A DNA stretch of 64,000 nucleotides. Origin: Squalus acanthias (lineage: Eukaryota). The notes under the pieces are model-generated. The model did not search any database. It saw only the letters and a program-made list of their open reading frames with translations, and was not told the DNA's origin. Below are positions 47,570 through 61,191 of this stretch, one piece after another. Numbering within the stretch: the stretch's first letter is position 1; each line of letters opens with the position of its first letter. The stretch is from assembly GCA_030390025.1 (NCBI GenBank), contig CM059432.1:9610001-9674000 (forward strand), in the 5' to 3' direction. A program made the translations under genes and the position numbers.

Positions 47570-48400
47570 TTCGGAGACAGCGGCCTCTTTGAGTGTCTGC
47601 TGAGCGGCTCTGGCAGCTGTCAAGAGTGCTTGTGCTGCTTCATCCGCTGGTTCCTCGAGCTCCCCAACAATGTCTCCGACCTGCTCTTCAAAGGCCTCCT
47701 GCTCCAGCTGCATCGTATGGACACCTCACTGCATCGCGAAGTCCTGGAGAGCGTGCCACTCGCCACCGCGATTTTGAAAGCTGGAGGATGCTCCCTGGCA
47801 TGTCAAGGTATTCGAATTATTGCTTGAGTGGACTGTGGTGAGTTTGATGGTGGAACTGACCTCATCATACCTGCTTTCCTGCTCTTTGCAGATGCAACAG
47901 AGAGTTCAACGACCCAACGCTATAGCAGTTTCCTAGAATCCAGGTGTTTACTTTCTGGCCATTAGCAAATAATGGGAGGCCTGGCGGATTGCTGTTGAAT
48001 AATGGTGTCGTGATTCCCGCTGGGAAATCAGGCAAAGACCTGCACTGCCCTGTGCTGAGGGTACACACTTATACGGTGATGTGGAAGAGACTGACTGCGG
48101 TTGCAGACCTCCCCGTTGGCAGCCTGGAAGGAGCCCGAGGCAAAAGGAACATCAAGGCTGCTGTGATGTTCGCTGCCGCCGGCAGTGCTTTGCCTGCCCT
48201 GCGGGTCCTCTTGGAGCATGCTGCACAACTGTATCACCACTGCCCTGATGCATCTGAGCTTTCGCAATCATCGTTCCTCCAGCAAACCGAGATAATTCCA
48301 CCGCAGTCGGTACATTCAGTTTGCAGTGTAATGGCGAGGATGTGTGCGCCTCCTGAAATGTGTCTGTACAGCCCTGGCATTGAAAATGTCCTCCTCTTTC
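47570..48400 (-). pseudogene. Decayed PIF/Harbinger (HARBI1-like) DDE transposase
   Basis: Colinear across frameshifts: YRLRWNYLGLLEER*LRKLR, ALPAAANITAALMF/FASGSFQAANGEVC, QVFA*FPSGNHD, WILGN, ESRYDE, FEYLDMPGSILQ, KIAVA..DFAMQ*G, acidic tail, AARAAQQTL. Confidence 0.8.
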
Positions 48401-48424
48401 CCCAGGTAACACAAACTTACCCCC

Positions 48425-48562
48425 TTTGACCAAACTTTTGGCCACTTGTCCGAATATCTCCTTATGTGGCTCGGTGTTATTTTGCGTCTGATAACGCTCC
48501 TGTGCCGCACCTCGGGCGGCTTTACTGCGTTAAAGGCGCTGTGTAAATGCAAGTTGTTGTTA
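48425..48562 (+). mobile_element. L2 3' end
   Basis: L2 terminal sequence and (TTG)n tail. Confidence 0.75.
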
Positions 48563-49509
48563 TGCCGTGGCATTCTGAAAGTGCCAACCATCGTACAAAG
48601 GGGTGTGATGGGAGTGGTGATCTACGAACCCCAAAGGCGGCCAAACAGACCCTGGACTCACACACACGGAGCGCTAAAGAAGCTTGAAATTCACTGGGGA
48701 AAAAAAACTCAGCAAAAAAATGCCCTTAAACTCAAAACCAAAGCTGTCGTCTGCCCCTTTGAAGGCCTTTGGCCTAAAGGCAGAGCCCAACATCTCGGCT
48801 GGGTGTTCATAGAAGCTGCACCAAGTCAGGAAAGCAAGGCAGAAGGCATTATTATGTCGTTTCTTTGTCATTTACATTTTGTTTGTCAGCTTCCATCTGC
48901 CCCTTTTACCCATTGTAAATGCACACATGGGGTATAATGACAAGACAATGCAGCCCGTGCAGTGTTACTGTATCACAACAAGGTGGGTCATTCTCTTTGA
49001 GTGAACCTGATTTTGAACCTCATCGGTAACAGAATGAAGGAAGCTAATACCATGATACATCACAGAGAAAATATGCTTAATTTTGGTCGCAACTTCTACC
49101 TCACAATTAGGAACATAGGAACAGGAGAAGGCCATGCAGCCCCTTGAGCCTGTTCCGCCATTCAATTAGATCATGGCTGATCATGTATCTTAACTCCATC
49201 TACCCGCCACCTTGGTTCTTTTTTTTATTCATTCATGGGATGTGGGCGTCGTTGACAAGGCCGTCATTTATTGCCCATCCCTAATTGCCCTTGAGAAGGT
49301 GGTGGCGAGCCACCTTATACAACTGAGTGGCTTGCTGGGCCATTTCAGAGGGCAGTTAAGAGTCAACCACATTGCTGTGGGTCTGGAGTCACATATGGGC
49401 CAGACCGGGTAAGGACGGCAGATTTCCTTCCCTAAAGGACATTAGTGAACCAAATGGGTTTTTACGACAATCCAATAGTTTCATGGTCACTGATACTACT
49501 GATACTGAT

Positions 49510-49870
49510 ACCACTGAAGGAGCACTGCACTGTCAGAGGGGCTGTCTTTCAGATAAGATGTTAAACTGAGGCCCTACTTGCTCTCTCAGGTGGGTGTAAA
49601 AGATCCCATGGCACTATTTGGAAGAAGAGCAGGGGAGTTCTTCCTGGTGCCCTGGACAATACCTATTCCTTAACCAACATCACTAAAAACAGATTATCTG
49701 GTCATTATCTCATTGCTGTTTGTGGGAGCTTGCTGTGTGCAAATTGGCTGCTGTTTCCTACGTTACAACAGTGACCACACTTCAAAAAGTACTTCATTGG
49801 CTGTGAAGCACTTTGGGACATCCTGAGGGCATGAAAATCACTATATAAATACAAGTCTTTCTTTCTTTCA
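49510..49870 (+). mobile_element. Deu-domain SINE
   Basis: Core and tail match. Confidence 0.85.
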
Positions 49871-50324
49871 TTGCACCGTTACCTTGGAGACCTCCGAGGA
49901 TCTATCCTTTGCCTCCCCTCCTCTTCCTCATCCGAAGGCGATGCCACCCCTACCTCAGCTAACCTCCTGCTAAAACCCTCATCCATGCGTGCGTCACTTC
50001 CAGACTCGACTATTGCAATGCTCTCTTGGCTGCCTTCCCATCCTCCACTCTTTATAAACCTCAGCTGATCCAAGCCTCTGTTGCCTGTATCCTATCTGAC
50101 AGCAAGCCCTGCTCACTGTCCTCGCTGATCCCCGCATTGATGCCCAGTTTCCCAGTGCCTCCAATTTAAAATTCTCATCCTCGTTTTTAACTCCCTTCAT
50201 GAGCTCGGCCCCTCCCTATCTCTGTAAACTCCTCAAGCCCAACAGCACCCCCTCAAACACTTTGGGGGAAAAATTGGGCGTTGCCCCTTTTGGGGCGCTA
50301 ACGCCGCCGGGGTGCTAATTTTGG

Positions 50325-50700
50325 GCTGACACAGTGCTGCGGGAGCGCTGCACTGTCGGAGGTGCCGTCTTTCGGATGAGACGTTAAACTGAGGTCCCCG
50401 TCTGCTCTCTCAGGCGGACGTAAAAGATCCCATGGCACTATTTCAAAGAAGAGCAGGGGAGTTCTCCCCGGTGTCCCGGCCAATTTATCCCTCAATCAAC
50501 ACCACTAAAACAGATTATCTGCTCATTATCACATTGCTGTTTGTAGGAGCTTGCTGTGAGCATATTGGCTGCCACGTTTCCCACATTACAACAGTGACTC
50601 CACTTCAACAAAAAAAAGTACTTCATTGGCTGTAAAGCGCTTTGGGGCGTCCTGAGATCGTGAAAGCTGCTATATAAATGTAAGTCTTTCTTTCTTTTTT
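50325..50700 (+). mobile_element. Deu-domain SINE
   Basis: Core and tail match. Confidence 0.85.
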
Positions 50701-51484
50701 TACTGAGTACTAGAAACATGAATTCAACCAGAAGTCCTTGCACCAATATAGCAATTCCGAGACCATTACCAAGACCTGACACAGTAACTGGAATAATAAG
50801 CACAGTTAAGTTCATAGCATCCTACCTTATTGTGTATTTCCCTATCTGCACAGGTCTTGCATTCAGTTTCTGAAAGAGCAAAGCTTAAGTTATTTTGCAC
50901 AGTCACAATGGCATATCTTCTGAAGAGATTTTCCATCCATGCAAAATCCCCAATTAATCTTTTGTCAGACAAAAATTAAGCCAGTTGCTATTTATTCCCT
51001 TATTGTTTTCTTGCTGGCAGAATTATTAACATTTTCGATGAATTTAGCACCTAAGCCCATTAAAATAAATCCATCACACCACTGCATGACTTTTCTGACA
51101 CGGAGTCTGCATAATCCTTTCAATCATTTCATTCCCGTGAATCCACCATGACAATGAGTTCTGGTGCCGAGTCCTTGCAGAGATCTGGCAGCTTCCTTCG
51201 AGGACCCACTTCTCAATCAGTGTAGCAAATTGACTTTGAAATGTCCTACTCCAAATTAATTAGCTCTACATGTGGTTCATTGAAATGGGAAGAACCCCAG
51301 CCCCATTCCCAGTTTGCATCCGAATAATTGTTTAATTACACATTTCAAGAAAGAGGTTCAGAAGCCAGAATCCCAAAAATGAGTATCACAAGAATGCAGC
51401 AAGCAGGTTTTTATTTTATTTTAAATGTAGACCTGAATTTTCAGCATGTTTGTTTGATGTGCGTTCACTGCCTTTTTTTGAGGT

Positions 51485-51935
51485 GTTGTCAGCTGTGACT
51501 CAGTGGGTAGAGTGCTCACGTCTGAGTCACGAATGGTTGTGGGTTCAAGTCCCGCTCCAGAGACTTAAGCACAAACTCTCTCGGCTTCTGACACTCCCAG
51601 TGCAGTGCTGAGGGAGCGCTGCACTGTCGGAGGTGCCGTCTTTCGGATGAAATGCTCATCGGATGAAATGTTAAACCGAGGCCCCCCCGTCTGCTCTCTC
51701 AGGTGGACATTAAAGATCCCACGGCCACTATTTCGAAGAAGAGCAGGGGGAGTTCTCCCCGGTGTCCTGCCCAACATTTATCCCTCAATCCACATGACAA
51801 AGAGAGATTATCTGGTCATTATCACATTGCTGTTTGTGGGATCTTGCTGTGCGCAGATTGGCTGCTGTGTTTCCTACATTACAACTTCTAAAGTGCTTGA
51901 GGTTGTCGCTGTAAAAATGCAAGTCTTTCTTCTTT
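51485..51935 (+). mobile_element. Deu-domain SINE with tRNA-like head
   Basis: GTGACTCAGTGGGTAG..GGGTTCAAGTCCC head, core, tail. Confidence 0.85.
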
Positions 51936-53283
51936 CTTAACTGTGTAATCAACTCACCCCAGTATGAAATGTATTTGTGCAGAAACAAGGTTGAATTATC
52001 TTGCATCTATATCATATAAAATGCGACATGATTAGAATACAAATATTAGAGGTGTCTGGGTTCCTAACTGATGCTTGCATGTACCCTGCTTTAGGGAAAA
52101 TGTCAGGGCCATGGAGATAGTGGAGAGGATGAGGCTTTAGCTATGAGGAGAGACTAGAAAAATTGGGATTTTTAATTAATTATAACAATTAGAAAAATGA
52201 GAAACTGTTTCCTCTGGCAGGAGGGTCGGTAACCAAAGGATACAGATTTAAAATAATTGGCAAAAAAGGCGGGGGGCGGGGTGAGGAGAATGTTTTTTTA
52301 CGCAGAGGTGTTAGGATCTGGAACGCACTGTCTGAAAGGGTGATGGAGGCAGGTTCGGTAGTGGCTTTCAAAAGGGAGTTGGAGCTCTACTTAAAAAGGA
52401 ACAACGAGGTGAGGCAATCACCCAGTTTTGGGTGAGCGGGGGGGGGGCCTCGGGCCCGGTTGGAGCAGGCTCTGTCTGCACGCTGTTGGTTATGGGCCAA
52501 AAACGGGCAGTCAGCAATTTTTACCTTCCACATCTCTTTGCATTTCACTCACTCGGAAGGTTGAGTTTCCACCATTAATGAGTTCCTGCATCTGTCCAAA
52601 TCTACCCTAGAAGCTGTAAGTAATTATTGAAATGGACTGCCCCATAAAAATTGAGCGCTATTACTCTCTTTCCACCCTGGAGAGATATGCACCAGTTCTT
52701 AACTATTTGGAACTGACTTAGCCCTGTGTCTGAAAATTGGCCGCACAGTGATTCTATAAATTTCTCATTTCTATTGCATCTCCTTGCGTTAATAAAGAAT
52801 TGAGCAGCATGATATGATTTATTTATTTCTAATAAGTTGGGAATGGAAAACATACTGAAAGGAAGGTGAATGACTCAAGGCCATGTAGTAACGTTATATG
52901 GTGCTGGGTCCTTGCATGATATGAATCTATAAATGTTGAGATTATTTCTCAGTGATATTCTATCTAGATGTGAAATGACAACCCAATTTAACTGAGCGGT
53001 ATTAAGCACAACTCTGACACTCTGAACTTGGACCTGTCCATTGACATTGCTCCAAAGTTTATTTACAAATTAGTGCAAATTCTCTCTCTCTCTCATGCAT
53101 TTCTTTAAGCAGCATTTTATATGCCATGATTGGCCGGATTTCAAAGGATGAAGAAACACCTATGATTTCAAAGCTGCTCAGAAAGCAAACTATTTAAAGC
53201 TAATGTCTGTCTCAGCATACCATCGCTTATTAAAATGTCTCTCACAGGTAGAGGAGGAAATGAGATCTCTGTATAGGTCACCC

Positions 53284-53875
53284 ATAGAAACATAGAAGAT
53301 TGGAGCAGGAGTAGGCCATTCGGCCCCTCTAGACTGCTCAACCATTCAATGAGATCATGGCTGATCATCCAAATTCAGAACCCTGTCCCTGCTTTCTCCC
53401 CATATCCCTTGATCCCTTTAGCCTTAAGAAATATATCCAACTCCTTCTTGAATCTATTTAATGAATTGGCCTCAACTGCCTTCTGTGGCAGAGAATTCCA
53501 CAGGTTCACCACTCTCTGGGTGAAGAAATACCTCCTCATTTCTGTCCTAAATGGCTTACCCCTTATCCTTAGACTGTGACCCCTGGTTCTGGACTCCCCG
53601 ACCATCGGGAACATCCTTCCTGCATCTAGTTTGTCCTGTCCTGTCAGAATTTTATAAGTTTCAATGAGATCCCCTCTCATTCTTCTAAACTCCAGCGAGT
53701 ATAAGCCCAATCGACCCAATCTCTCTTCATACGTCATTCCTGCCATCCCAGGTATCAGCCTTGTGAATCTTCGCTGAACTCCTTCCATGGCAAGAGCATC
53801 CTTCCTCAGATAAGGCGACCAAAACTGCACACAGTACTCAAGGTGTGGTCTCACCAAGGCCCTGTACAACTGCAG
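53284..53875 (-). mobile_element. CR1 LINE (HER1-like family) 3' fragment
   Basis: ORF 53375-53869: RPHLEYCVQFWSP. Confidence 0.92.
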
Positions 53876-53989
53876 CAGGACATCCTTGTTCCTGCACCCA
53901 AACCCAATATGGCCCTAGAAGTGAGTTTCCACCTGTTTCCTGTGCTTCCTTGGATCTATGTACAGCAGGATAACCGTCTAATAAAAACC

Positions 53990-54753
53990 GTCGAAGGGAC
54001 CGCTCCCTCCGCCACACCCTGGTCCACTCCTCAATCACAGCCAACAGCCCCTCCCCTTCCCACAGCACCTTCCCGTGCAAGCGCAGGAGATGCAACACCT
54101 GCCCTTTAACCTCCTCCCTTCCCACTGTCCAGGGCCCCAAACACTCCTTCCAGGTGAAACTGCGATTTACTTGTACTTCTTGCAATTTAGTATACTGCAT
54201 TCGCTGCTCACGATGCAGGTCTCCTCTACATTGGGGAGACCAAACGCAGATTGGGTGACCGCTTTGCGGAACACCCCCGTTCCGTCCGTAAGAGTGACCC
54301 CGAGCTTCCGGTCGCCTGTCACTTTAATTCTCTGCTCCACTCCCACTCCGACCTTTCTGTCCTCGGTCTCTTATACTGTTCCAATGAAGCTCAACGTAAG
54401 CTCGAGGAACAGCACCTCATCTTTCGATGAGGCACTTTACAGCCTTCTGGACTCAACACTGAGTTCAACAATTTCAGACTATAACCCCCCATTTTTTCAG
54501 GTGGCAGCTGTTGATGATCCTGCCATCCCCATTTGCAACATTTAACCACTCCTGCCTTCCACCCCATCACAGACCATCCCTTTTGTGCTTTCCTCCCCCT
54601 CCCCCCTTTCCCTGCCTCTGCACCTGCTTAAAATCTGTTACATCCCTAACTTTTTCCAGTTCTGATGAAGGGTCACAGACCCTGAAACGTTGACTCTGTT
54701 TCTCTCTCCACGGATGCTGCCTGGCCTGCTGAGTGTTTCCAGCATTTTCTGTT
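53990..54753 (+). mobile_element. Penelope-like element (family 1), 3' part
   Basis: Close paralogue of 33400-34245, including the GIY-YIG region. Confidence 0.88.
54658..54695 (+). ncRNA. Minimal hammerhead ribozyme motif
   Basis: AGTT-CTGATGA-AGGGTC-ACA-GACCCT-GAAA-CGT-T-GACT; perfect 6-bp stem II. Confidence 0.7.
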
Positions 54754-55094
54754 GTTAATGGAAACACCATCTCATTTCATCAGTCCTTCAACATATTCCT
54801 CACTGGCGTAGCTGAGTGAAAAGATAAGCGAAAGTTATTTGACCTGTTCCACACTGGGCTATAATGGAGGACACCCTCACTCCATTTCATTAACCCATGT
54901 TTGTCTACTTTGTATTTCTGAATTTCGAAGTCAGCACCATGTCGTGCCATACAAATTAAATCATTATCTTGCATTGCAATTTGTAAGTTCTTTGTTTTTA
55001 TCTTCCAGCATTAGGATTGGAGTGAACCTCTCTGGGCGGACTTCAGTGTTGAATTTGTTCTTTGGGCGCTGTGATGTTGGGTCCACTCGCAGAA

Positions 55095-55320
55095 GGGTCG
55101 GTAACCAGCGGACACAGATTTTAGATAATTGGCAAACGAGCCAGAGGCGGGATGAGGAATTAAGTAATAGTAACTTTCAAAAGGGAATTGGATAAATACT
55201 TGAAGGGGAGAAATTTGCAGGGCTATGGGGAAAGAGCAGGGGGAGTGGGACTAATTGGATCGCTCTTTCAAAGAGCCAGCACAGGCACGACGGGCCGAAT
55301 GGCCTCCTTCTGTGCTGTAT
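55095..55320 (+). mobile_element. CR1 LINE 3' fragment
   Basis: 3' UTR motif as at 1-108. Confidence 0.8.
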
Positions 55321-55564
55321 GGATCGATTAAATCACTAGCCCTCTGAAAAAAATTGGACCATCGTTGTGCAAAAATAGAAATCAGCACACTTTGTAAAGT
55401 GTTGAGAGATGGAAAGGATCACATGAAACTATTAAAATGCCTGCTTCAATTGAAGACTGTTTACAATAACAAATATCTGAAGAAGGAAAGGCGCGCAACT
55501 ACAAGAAGAAACTCCGCTAATGACAAGTACAGTGATAGCCAAATAGTTCTCGGTGAAGGATACC

Positions 55565-55857
55565 TGAAGAGAGAGGTGGAGAGGCGGAGAGGTTTAGGGA
55601 GGGAATTCCAGAGCTTAGGGCCCAGGCAGCTGAAGGCACGGCCGCCAGTGGTGGAACAAAGAAAATCGGGGACGCTCAAGAGGCCAGAATTGAAGGAATG
55701 CAGAAATCTCGGAGGGCTGGAGGAGGTTACAGAGTTAGAGGGGGGGGTGAGGCCATGGAGGGATTTTGAAAACAAGGCTGAGAATTTTAAAATCTCGGCA
55801 TTGCCGGACCGGGAGCCAGTGTAGGTCAAGTTACACAAGGGTGATGGGTGAACGGGC
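55565..55857 (-). mobile_element. L2 fragment
   Basis: GGRAFSCLGPKLWNSLPKPLR. Confidence 0.8.
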
Positions 55858-56399
55858 ATTACATCCCTGAAGCTATCCTAATTCAGTAAGTGATGTCTGC
55901 TCTGCACTCCAGCTTTTCTTCCTCCACTGCTGAAAATCAAGTACAGCACAAGTTGCAAATCTATCCCAATGCTTCTACCTATGTTGAACAGATAGGTTTC
56001 TTTCTGTCAGTTTCTTTGCCCAATGTCTACATTCCGCCTTTTCTTTTGACCAGTGTCGTTGTTCCTCCTCCATGGACCGTTCTCCATTCCCATTGCGTGC
56101 ATAGGTCAAAGCCCTGCCTATTCACCCTCTTTGTTAAAGTTTCTGGAAACATTCATGGTGCTCTCTTTGATCCTGCTTCCATTATTACTTTTATGTCAAA
56201 TGTGGCTGGGGGCTTGTGTTCGTTGCAAAATACTTTTTCCGCAAAATGTTGCCTTTGAATATGTCTCCTAAGCAACCATTCAGAACAATGCGCGCACTTA
56301 ATGCAATGCAAATAGATTTACTGCACACGAATTGACTAAGAAAAATTTTAGATTATACGTTAGTATTGCTTCGTGATGCACCAGTAGGATGGATGCATT

Positions 56400-56845
56400 C
56401 AGTTAACGTAGTAAAATGTCTCAAGGCGTTTAACAGGAGCGATTAGCAAATGAAATTTGACACCGAGCCATATAAGGAGCTATTAGGACAGGTGACCAAA
56501 AGCTTGGTCAAAGAGGTAGGTTTTAAGGAGCATCTTAGAGGAGGAGAGAGAGGTAAGAGAGGTTTAGGGAGGGAGTTCCAGAACTTAGGGCCGAGGCAGC
56601 TGAAGACACGGCCGCCAATGGTGGAGCGGTGAAAATCGGGGATGCGCAAGAGGCCAGAATTGGAGGAGAGCAGATATCTCGGAGGGTTTTAGGGCTGGAG
56701 GAGGAAGTTACAGAGATGGAAAGGGACGAGGCCATGGAGGGTTTTGAAAACAAGGCTGAGAATTTTTAAATCGAGGCATTGCCAAATGTTGGTCAGCGAG
56801 CACAGGGGTGATGGGTGAATGGGACTTGCTGCGAGTTAGGACATG
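56400..56845 (-). mobile_element. L2 3' fragment
   Basis: SPITPVLAD and GGRVFSCLGPKFWNSLP. Confidence 0.82.
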
Positions 56846-57644
56846 GCCAGTTACTGAAGAAAACAGCAAACAAAAACTGTACTGAAATCTAAGGATGGAA
56901 CAGATGGCAGAGATTAACATGGGAATAATGTAATGAAGATTAAGAAATTTGTCAGTGGAAACTAATATAGAAAATGAGATTAAAGATTGCCAGGAATTTG
57001 GAATGCAATGTGAAAGCTTTAATAATTATATTGGTAGCAAACAGGCTGTTAAGTAAACAGCATGATGTCTGAGGGATTCGAGAAACAAAGGTGTCTTAAA
57101 TACTTTGATGATACCAAGCTGAAAAAAGTGGGCCATGGGGGGAGGGTTGGGTGCAAATAATAGGATGCAACTAGATAAAATACAAGTGGATAGATTGAGA
57201 AACTGAAATTAAGTGGTATTTTTTTTTTAAAGATGATTCGAGGATTCTATGAAGATGATTAACGATGGAATGTTAAGATTGTGAAAAGGAATAATGTGAG
57301 CTAAATGGTATTACTGACATAAGAACAGGATGTGGGGTTACTGAGAGATGGATCGCTGAAACCAGACGCAGTATAGAGAGTAAACAAGATCCTGGTGTGT
57401 ACAGACAGAGGCATGAAGCAGAGGTAGCAACAGGGTAAGGGGTGAAAGCGGTCTTTCAGGATAGCGCAAAATGGGCGACAGTGAATCGGCAGCCCGTTTT
57501 ACATCTCTCCTGATTCTTTTTCTATCGTAGCTCCCATATCCTGCAGGAACTGCACATCACTGTCGCCTTCTGTGCTGCCATTATTATTATCAATATTATT
57601 TAAGTTATAGTTAAGTTTATTTTCTTTAGCTACTTAGAATTTTA

Positions 57645-59400
57645 AAATATCCCCGTCCTCAATGATGGTGGAGCCCAGCACGTGAGTGCAAAAGACAAGG
57701 CTGAAGCGTTTGCAACCATCTTCAGCCAGAAGTGCTGAGTGGATGATCCATATTGGCCTCCTCCTGAGGTCCCCACCAACACAGAAGCCAGTCTTCAGCC
57801 AATTCGATTCACTCCACGTGATATCAAGAAACGGCTCAACGCACTGGATACAGCAAAGGCTATGGGCCCCGACAACATTCCAGCTATCGTGCTGAAGACT
57901 TGTGCTCCAGAACTAGCCGTGCCTCTAGCCAAGCTGTTCCAGTACAGCTACAACACTGGCATCTATCCGACAATGTGGAAAACTTCCCAGGTATGTCCTG
58001 TCCACAAAAAGCAGGGCAAATCCAACCCAGCCAATTACTGCCCCATCAGTCTACTCTCAATCATCAGCAAAGTGAAGGAAGGTGTCGTCGACAGTGCTAT
58101 CAAGCGGCACTTACTCACCAATAACCTGCTCACTGATGCCCAGTTTGGATTCCGCCAAGACGACTTGGCTCCCGACCTCATTACAGCCTTGGTCCAAACA
58201 TGGACAAAAGAGCTGAATTCCAGAGGAGAGGTGAGAGTGACTGCCCTTGACATCAAGGCAGCATTTGACCGAGTGTGGCATCAAGGAGCCCTAGTAAAAC
58301 TGAAGTCAATGGGAATCGGAGGGAAAACTTTCCACTAGCTGGAGTCATACCTAGCACAAAGGAAGATGGTTGTGGTGGTTGAAGGTCAATCGTCACAGCC
58401 CCAGGACATCGCTGCAGGAGTTCCTCAGGGGATGTCCTAGGCCCGACCATCTTCAACTGCTTCATCAATGACCTTCCCTCCAACATAAGGTCAGAAATGG
58501 GGATGTTCGTTGATGACTGCACAGTGTTCAGCACCATTCCCAACTCCTCAGATAATGAAGCAGTCCATGCCCACATGCAACAAGACCTGGACGACGTTCA
58601 GGCTTGGGCTGATAAGTGGCAGGTAACATTCGCGCCACAGAAGTGCCAGGCAATGACTATCTCCAACAAGCGAGAATCTAATCACCTCCCCTTGACATTC
58701 AACGGTATTACCATCGCCGAATACCCCACCATCAACATCCTGGGGGGTCACCATTAACCAGAAACTTAACTGGACCAGCCACATAAATACTGTGGCAATA
58801 AGAGCAGGTCAGAGGCTAGGTATTCTGCGGCGAGTGTCTCACCTCCTGACTCCCCAAAGCCTTTCCACCATCGACAAGGCACAATTAAGGAGTGTGATGG
58901 AATACTCTCCACTTGCCTGGATGAGTGCAGCTCCAACAACACTCAAGAAGCTCGACACCATCCAGGACAAAGCAGCCCGCTTGATTGGCACTCCATCCAC
59001 CACCTTAAACATTCATTCCCTCCACCACTGGCGTACCGTGGCTGCAGTGTGCACCATCTACAAGATGCACTGCAGCAACTTGCCAAGGCTTCTTCGGCAG
59101 CACTTCCCAAACCCGCGACCTCTTCCACCTGGAAGGACAAAGGAAGCAGGTGCATGGGAACACCACCACCTCCAAGTTCCCCTCCAAGTCACACACCATC
59201 CTGACTTAGAAATATATCGCCGATCCTTCATCGTCGCTGGGTCAAAATCCTGGAACTCCCTTCCGAACAGCGCTGTGGGAGCACCTTCACCACACGGACT
59301 GCAGCAGTTCAAAAAGACAGCTCACCACCACCTTCTCAAGGGCAATTAGGGATGAGCAATAAATGCTGGCCTTGCCAGCGACGCCCACATCCCATAAACA
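57645..59400 (+). mobile_element. LINE family B, RT through 3' end (decayed)
   Basis: KAMGPDNIP, NYCPISLLS, QFGFRQ, LDIKAAFDRVWH, MFVDD, WNSLP. Confidence 0.92.
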
Positions 59401-59650
59401 AATTTTAAAAAAAATGAAGTACGCCGCTCTTCTGACACCTTCGACTTCTAAGTCCCACTGTAGCCAAATTCCGGTTTTAGAAGTAGTCAATAGTGCCCTG
59501 GCCAATATTGATCCCCTCAATCAACATCACTAAAACAGATTATCTGGTCATTAACACGTTGCCATTAGTGGGAGCTTGCTGTGCGCAAATTGGCAGCTGC
59601 GTTTCGTGCATTACAACAGTACTTCATTGGTTGTGAAGCGCTTTGGGACG

Positions 59651-61191
59651 TGTAAGGTTTCCAAAATTTACAGATCCCCAAAACCTAAGGAAAAAGGACT
59701 TTGGAACTACCTCAGAGTGATAAAAATGCGTTTGGGCCTAACATAAGGAATTTAAGACCAAAAACCAAGTTTGGGCATTTTAAAACTATGTCTGGGCCTG
59801 TAAAGGGACAAGGAGGTGGAATCGACCTGTGTAAAAGCAGTTTGGTTATTGCAGTTAATTGCACTGTCTGAGGAACCAGGATGACCTCACTCAAGCCCCA
59901 GCAGACATTAACATTTGAACAATAGACCCTGGGAGAAGACAGTCCCACCCAAAATAACAGGCCCCATCAAACCGATTACAGGGCCCATCAGAAAACATGC
60001 ATAACAAAACCCACTCAGGACCATTCTATAGAAAAGACCGAGTCCAGCCTAGAAACCCAAAACATGAAATCAATCACCAGTGATCAACCAAGGAGATCGA
60101 CAGGATGCAAACCATCCCAAAAGGCCATTTGACACTTACAGAGCAGTTACTGGTAACAGGCCCACCAAAATCAGACAATGAACTGAGTAGATTTGGCGGG
60201 TAGATAAGGCCACTTCAATTTAGTATAATTGAAGGCCCATCAAGCAGTTCAAGGTCGAGCAGTCAGTCGCAACCGGTGGTCATCAGAAGAAGAAGAAACC
60301 AGGAAGAAGGCAAACCGAGCTGGAAGCGAGTCGGCATCGCTCACCACTCAGACACACCTGAGTCCAACCCGTGAAGATACCACCTCGACGGACCTCCAAC
60401 AACGGTCCCCAACACAGTCACCCGGAGCAACAAGCAGCAAGAAGACATCGACAGCTCCACAAGGTCGACCGACACACTAGGCAAGGCCTAAAGCCATCGC
60501 GGAAACCAAAGGCCTCACGAAACCAACAACCGCACATTACCCCCAACTGACCGGGTAATCGCAGGCCACCGCGACCAACAAAGACCAACTCAAGGAAAGA
60601 AAACCCAAAGAACCGCAAAGTTTCCACACTACAAACTACTCCTGACTTACCCCTGGGTAAGATTTCTACCAAAAGACTCTAAACCCTACTCCTAACCAAA
60701 GGAAATTGGGTACTCACCTGATAGATCCAAAACGCACCCTACCGCATCAGCGGACTCGCGAAGACTGACCAGAGACGCAGGTGAAGTCCTCTACCACGTA
60801 TGGGGTACGGCAGACACTAACCGCCATAAACAGCGAACCCCAAAACCGCGATTTAGCCCAACTGTCAAAGGATTCGTTTGGTGAGCATTATCCCTGGTCC
60901 TCCACAGCCCAACTTAGCTAGTGAAGTGGGATTGGGAGGGATGAAGTATTCTTTTAATGTTATTTCCCTCGCTTGTACCGAAGTGTTCCCCACCTTTAGA
61001 GTGATAAGAGTGTTGTCATTTGTGTTTTACCTTTTGAATAAAGATTGAAGTTCTTTCATCAAACTCAGTTGTCTGCTGCACCTTTTATCACAACCCCCAA
61101 ATAAGTCCAAGGTCTAGAACCAAGGGAGTGGGAGCGATTCGAACCGCTCAGAAGTCAGAGGTGAAGCTGACACAAACCACCACCCGCTACA
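59651..61191 (+). mobile_element. Solo LTR (1541 bp) inserted in a Deu SINE
   Basis: TGTA...TACA ends; GACG TSD at 59647-50 and 61192-95; TATA-like at about 60224; AATAAA at 61037-42; SINE rejoins across the insert. Confidence 0.82.

Noticed and set aside
47630..48429. Plus-strand ORFs (CCFIRWFLEL.., 161 aa) as host exons
   Set aside because: They are the antisense of the decayed Harbinger transposase
51490..51560. tRNA-like A/B boxes (also at 27149 and other SINE heads)
   Set aside because: SINE heads without a complete cloverleaf; not tRNA genes
60229..60672. ORFs inside the LTR as viral accessory genes
   Set aside because: Short, compositionally biased and without recognisable motifs
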